This document shows positions 34,501 to 38,341 of a stretch of 38,341 bases of DNA, in pieces. Origin of the DNA: Mesotaenium endlicherianum (Eukaryota). A model generated the notes under the pieces. That model was not told where the DNA came from, made no database searches, and saw only the letters and a program-made list of their open reading frames with translations. Made by a program: the position numbers and the translations under genes. The DNA lies in assembly GCA_009602735.1 (NCBI GenBank), contig WELA01003305.1, positions 925,763 to 964,103 of the forward strand, in the 5' to 3' direction. Position 1 is the first letter of the stretch. Each line of letters begins with the position of its first letter.

Positions 34501-37317
34501 TCAATTTTTCCTCTTTCTTGTTCTTGCAGGCTGCCTCCAAGGGGTCTTCTGCTGCTTCTTGATGGTGGCAGGCTGCCTCCCTGAAGTCTTCGGGCTTCTA
34601 GTAGAGAGACTTGGGGCTGGTCCAAGATGGGGGTTGGCGGCATGGAAGCGCTTCAACTTTCTCTGAACTTTGTCAAGGTAGTGCGCCGCCACCCAACTAT
34701 TCTCCGAATCTGGATATCCTTTCCACTTGATCAAGTATTGCTGCTGTCTCCTGAAATTTCTCATAGCCACTATGTCTTCCACTTCGTACTCCAAATGATC
34801 ATCCACTATTGTTGGGGCTGGTGGGGTTGTCACACGTCCTGGGAACTTGTTGTCGGGTTGCACATATGGCTTGAAGAGGGAAGCGTGGAATACGGGGTCG
34901 ATGTGCATAGTCTGGGGAAGTTCTAGCTTGAAAGCAACGGGGTTGACTTGCTGGATAATCTTGAAGGGTCCCAAATACTTGGGAGAGAACTTGCTGCCGG
35001 CAGGCCTGTTGTTCAGGGAAATGTTCTTGGATGATAGTAACACGTTGTCACCCACTCTGTACGTAATTTCTCTTCTGGATCTGTTCGCCACTCTTGCTTG
35101 AGCATCTTGCGCGTGTTGTAGAGCTTTCTTCGCTGCTGTAAGGGCTGCTTCTAATGTCTCCATAAAATCTGTGGCTGCAGGTACTTCATCATGGCCAGCC
35201 GTGAAGCTCAGTGGCGTGGTCGGATGGAAGCCATAGTTGAGGAAGAATGGGGACTCTTGGGTAGAGGCCTGCGTAGTGTTGTTGTAGGCAAACTCGAGGG
35301 GGGTCAAGTACATGTCCCAGTCTTGCTCGAGGGTAGACACGTAGGCCTTTAGAGAGGTCTTTAGGGTACGATTCATACGCTCGGTTTGCCCATCTGATTG
35401 TGGGTGGTAGGCAGTAGACATATCCAGCGATGTACCCAAGTTCTTGAAGAGATTTTTCCAGAAATGGCTTGTGAATCTTGGATCTCTATCTGACACAATT
35501 CTTGATGGTAGTCCATGGAGTCGGAAGATGTTGTCAAAGATGAGTCTTGCAAGTTGTGGTGCTGTAGCCTTAGTCGTCGTGGGAATAAAATGAGCCATCT
35601 TGGTAAGTCTGTCCACCACCGTGAGTATTGCATTATGGCCTCGAGGTGTCACGGGCAAGTCCACGATAAGGTCCATTGAGATGTCCGTCCATTGTCTTTC
35701 GGGGATTGGTAGTGGTTGGAGGAGTCCTCCCGCCTTTTGCGATGATGGCTTGATTCTTTGGCATGTGTCACAGCTCCTGCAGTACTCCTTGACTTGCTTA
35801 GACATGCCTGGCCAACAATAAGTCCTAGCTAGAACGCCCGTGGTCCTTAGGATTCCAAAGTGTCCTCCAAGAGGGTTGTCGTGTGCTTCTCGTAGAAGCA
35901 AGAGCCGGAGGTCTAAGTCATTAGGAACACATCTCTGGCCCGTATCTTGCCTCACCCAATAATTGCCTTCTTGCTTCTTGCATGGGTCCAAGGCTGCTTC
36001 TCCGTTCTTGTAGTAAGGGTCTCTTTCATAGGCGGCTGAAAATCGAGCTTCCAGATCTGTCTTCAGGGATACCATCACTGCATTTAATTGCAGTCTTGAG
36101 AGGGGGTCAGCCGGGTTTGTCTTGCCGGGCTGGTACTGAATCGTGATGTTGTATTGTTGCAAGTATCCGCTCCATCTTGCTTGTCTCCTTGAGAGATACG
36201 GCTGCGTTTGGAGGTGCTTTAACGCCTCGTGGTCCGTGGTGACCAGTACTTTGCGTCCTTCAACGTAGCAGCGCCAAACCTTCAAGGCATGTACAATCGC
36301 CAATGCCTCTCGCTCCGTGGTTGTATAATTTTGCTCGGCTGGATTTAGCTTCCTTGACTCGTAGGCGATGGGCTGCAGTCCCTTGCCTTGGTCTTGAAGC
36401 AGGATTGCTCCTATTGCATAGGAAGATGCATCGGTGATGACGTGGAAGGGCCAATCTGGGTTTGGACTTGGGAGTGTGAGCACCGGGGATGTGGTCAATC
36501 TTCGCTTTAACTCTTGAAATGCCTCTTCCTCTTTCTCGGTCCATGTATATAGCCTGTCCTTCTTGAGTAGATCTGTCAGGGGGGCTGCTATGTGCGAGAA
36601 GCCTTGGATGAATTTTCTGTACCAATTGGCAAATCCCAAGAATGACTGGAGTTCTTTCTTGGTCGTGGGGGTTGGCCATTCCTCCACCACCGTGGTCTTC
36701 TTGGGGTCTATCTTGATGCCATCAGCAGTCACGTGGAGACCTAGGAACTCCACTTCTTGTTTGGCAAACTCGCATTTTGACTCCTTCGCAAACAGCTTGT
36801 TTTGCTTCAATACTTCAAGGACTTCTTTCAAGTGTCTCGCATGCTCTTCAAGGGTCTTGCTGTAGATAAGGATGTCATCGATGAATACCACCACAAATCT
36901 GTCCAACATGGGCTGAAATATGGTGTTCATCATAGTCATGAAAGTTGCTGGCGCGTTGGTGAGTCCAAATGGCAGGACCATGAACTCAAAATGTCCATAT
37001 CTTGTCCTGAATGCCGTCTTCTCTATGTCCGGTTCTGCGATGCGAATCTGGTGGTAGCCGCTCCGTAAGTCAATCTTCGTGAAGTACTTGGCTCCAACCA
37101 GCCGGTCCATGAGCTCATCCATGCGCGGCAGCGGGTATCGATTCTTGATGGTGATCTTGTTGAGGGCGCGATAGTCCACACACATCCTCAAGGTACCATC
37201 TTTCTTCTTGACAAATAGCACCGGGGCTCCAAATGGCGACTTGCTAGGTCGAATGAAGCCATGCTCCAGTAGCTCCTTGATTTGCTTCTTGACTTCGTCT
37301 AGCTCCGTGTATGACAT
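34501..37317 (-). CDS. pol: Pol: reverse transcriptase, RNase H, integrase (HHCC, DDE, GPF) and chromodomain
   Basis: [59 protein letters not shown]...GGHFG...[27 protein letters not shown]...YLIKWKGY...NSW. It is cut from the protease frame by a frameshift at ~37320. Confidence 0.95.
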   Translation of the reverse strand: MSYTELDEVKKQIKELLEHGFIRPSKSPFGAPVLFVKKKDGTLRMCVDYRALNKITIKNRYPLPRMDELMDRLVGAKYFTKIDLRSGYHQIRIAEPDIEKTAFRTRYGHFEFMVLPFGLTNAPATFMTMMNTIFQPMLDRFVVVFIDDILIYSKTLEEHARHLKEVLEVLKQNKLFAKESKCEFAKQEVEFLGLHVTADGIKIDPKKTTVVEEWPTPTTKKELQSFLGFANWYRKFIQGFSHIAAPLTDLLKKDRLYTWTEKEEEAFQELKRRLTTSPVLTLPSPNPDWPFHVITDASSYAIGAILLQDQGKGLQPIAYESRKLNPAEQNYTTTEREALAIVHALKVWRCYVEGRKVLVTTDHEALKHLQTQPYLSRRQARWSGYLQQYNITIQYQPGKTNPADPLSRLQLNAVMVSLKTDLEARFSAAYERDPYYKNGEAALDPCKKQEGNYWVRQDTGQRCVPNDLDLRLLLLREAHDNPLGGHFGILRTTGVLARTYCWPGMSKQVKEYCRSCDTCQRIKPSSQKAGGLLQPLPIPERQWTDISMDLIVDLPVTPRGHNAILTVVDRLTKMAHFIPTTTKATAPQLARLIFDNIFRLHGLPSRIVSDRDPRFTSHFWKNLFKNLGTSLDMSTAYHPQSDGQTERMNRTLKTSLKAYVSTLEQDWDMYLTPLEFAYNNTTQASTQESPFFLNYGFHPTTPLSFTAGHDEVPAATDFMETLEAALTAAKKALQHAQDAQARVANRSRREITYRVGDNVLLSSKNISLNNRPAGSKFSPKYLGPFKIIQQVNPVAFKLELPQTMHIDPVFHASLFKPYVQPDNKFPGRVTTPPAPTIVDDHLEYEVEDIVAMRNFRRQQQYLIKWKGYPDSENSWVAAHYLDKVQRKLKRFHAANPHLGPAPSLSTRSPKTSGRQPATIKKQQKTPWRQPARTRKRKN

Positions 37318-38105
37318 TTTGTAGGCCGAGAGATGGGCTTGCTTCCGGGCTCCAACTCTATCTTGTGGTCTACAAATCTTTTGGGAGGTAGGCCCTTGGG
37401 CAATTCCGGGGAGAACACTTCTTTGTAGTCCTCAAAGACTTCTTGTATCTCCTTGGGAACGGGGCTGCCTTCTTGACTCTCGATGTCTTTCTTGATGTCT
37501 TTTGGCGTGATCAAGGCCAAAAGAAGCTCGTGTCCCTTCCTCACAAGTCTCTTGAGTTGGGGGGCGGACAATAGTATCTCGTGTGCCGGCTTCTCGATGT
37601 CTTGGGTCTGGATATTCTGGATTGCGCGCAAAATACAGATTCTTGAAGTGATGTCATTCTTGATCTTGATAGTACCGGTCCTCCAATCAACTTGGGGGTT
37701 GTGCTTGGTCAACCAAGGCGTCCCTAGGATGACGTCGTACTTGCCCAATTGCATGGGGGAGAACACTACTCTATCCTTGAAGGACTTGATAGAGAGTGCC
37801 AAGGGGTACGTCTTCTTGGAAGGGGTAGTATAGGAGAATCCATCGGGCATCATAATCTCCTCGTCGTGGTCAAGAGTTCGCATAGTAATACCGTGCTTGG
37901 TGGCGAAACCTGCAGCAATGAAGTTGCCTTCAGCTCCGCTATCCACCAAGATGTGGACCTTCTCTCCTCCAAGGTAACCTCTCAAACTCATTGGGGCTGG
38001 AACGTCGTCTTCAACGGGGGTCTCCACCTCACTTGGCGTGTTGCCTTCTCGTGAAGTGGGTCTTGGGGTGGTAGGCTCCTGGCCTACCGGCGCTGTCCGT
38101 TTTTT
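37299..38105 (-). CDS. pol: Pol N-terminal part: retroviral-type aspartic protease
   Basis: [12 protein letters not shown] catalytic motif, [10 protein letters not shown] flap motif, and [17 protein letters not shown] pre-RT motif. Confidence 0.9.
   Translation of the reverse strand, partial: KKRTAPVGQEPTTPRPTSREGNTPSEVETPVEDDVPAPMSLRGYLGGEKVHILVDSGAEGNFIAAGFATKHGITMRTLDHDEEIMMPDGFSYTTPSKKTYPLALSIKSFKDRVVFSPMQLGKYDVILGTPWLTKHNPQVDWRTGTIKIKNDITSRICILRAIQNIQTQDIEKPAHEILLSAPQLKRLVRKGHELLLALITPKDIKKDIESQEGSPVPKEIQEVFEDYKEVFSPELPKGLPPKRFVDHKIELEPGSKPISRPTKCHTRS
38070..38105 (-). promoter_or_regulatory. Predicted -1 programmed ribosomal frameshift signal (A AAA AAC plus downstream hairpin)
   Basis: The slippery heptamer is in the gag frame at 38105-38099, and the -1 frame is the pol frame (KKRTAPVG). 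A 7-bp stem GGTAGGC/GCCTACC lies 10 nt downstream (38088-38070). Confidence 0.75.
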
Positions 38106-38341
38106 GACAACTTTTTGGGGCATGAAAGTGCACGATGGCCCTTTTCCTTGCAATAGAAGCATAGTCCAGCCGTCATGAGAGCTTCTTTTTCAGCCAGGGA
38201 GAGTCTTGCTTTCACTCCTTGCTGGTGTCTTGCATCATAAGTGTCATTGGAGGGTCTTCCACTGTTCCGGGCAGCCGCGGGGTCCCTTTTAATAACTCCG
38301 ATTTCCATGGGTGTGGGTCCAGATTCGGATGTGGAAGGGGC
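38084..38341 (-). CDS. gag: Gag C-terminus with CCHC zinc knuckle (partial; continues beyond the window)
   Basis: PTPMEIG motif and CFYCKEKGHRALSC knuckle; stop at 38084-38086. Confidence 0.9.
   Translation of the reverse strand, partial: APSTSESGPTPMEIGVIKRDPAAARNSGRPSNDTYDARHQQGVKARLSLAEKEALMTAGLCFYCKEKGHRALSCPKKLSKNGQRR

Larger units (their letters stand above)
33221..38341 (-). mobile_element. Ty3/Gypsy chromovirus copy B (3' LTR 33221-33722; extends beyond the window)
   Basis: LTR, then PPT (33723-33733), then gag-PR-RT-RH-IN-chromodomain in Gypsy order on the minus strand. Confidence 0.97.

Overview
Eukaryotic, repeat-rich genomic DNA with assembly gaps. It has spliceosomal introns, microsatellites and GC-rich exons; a green plant or streptophyte alga is likely, but that is an inference. 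One intact host gene is present: a 9-exon minus-strand gene (21097-~27818, ~622 aa) for a condensation-domain/CoA-dependent acyltransferase-like protein of the Arabidopsis At3g52610 type. The right end (30072-38341) holds two copies of one chromodomain Ty3/Gypsy retrotransposon family, the second inserted into the RNase H region of the first. A solo LTR of the same family with a perfect CTTAA target-site duplication lies at 5962-6463. The left 20 kb is a transposon graveyard: a decayed Ulp1-like protease relic, two inverted ~710-bp MITEs, a complete ~494-bp TRIM, a second probable solo LTR, four GTACG-rich minisatellite arrays, GC-rich mosaics of exon-like fragments, and an unidentified decayed coding module that recurs five times in the window. 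That module and the GTACG arrays are the best candidate for an undescribed mobile-element family. No prokaryotic systems, CRISPR arrays or RNA genes were found.
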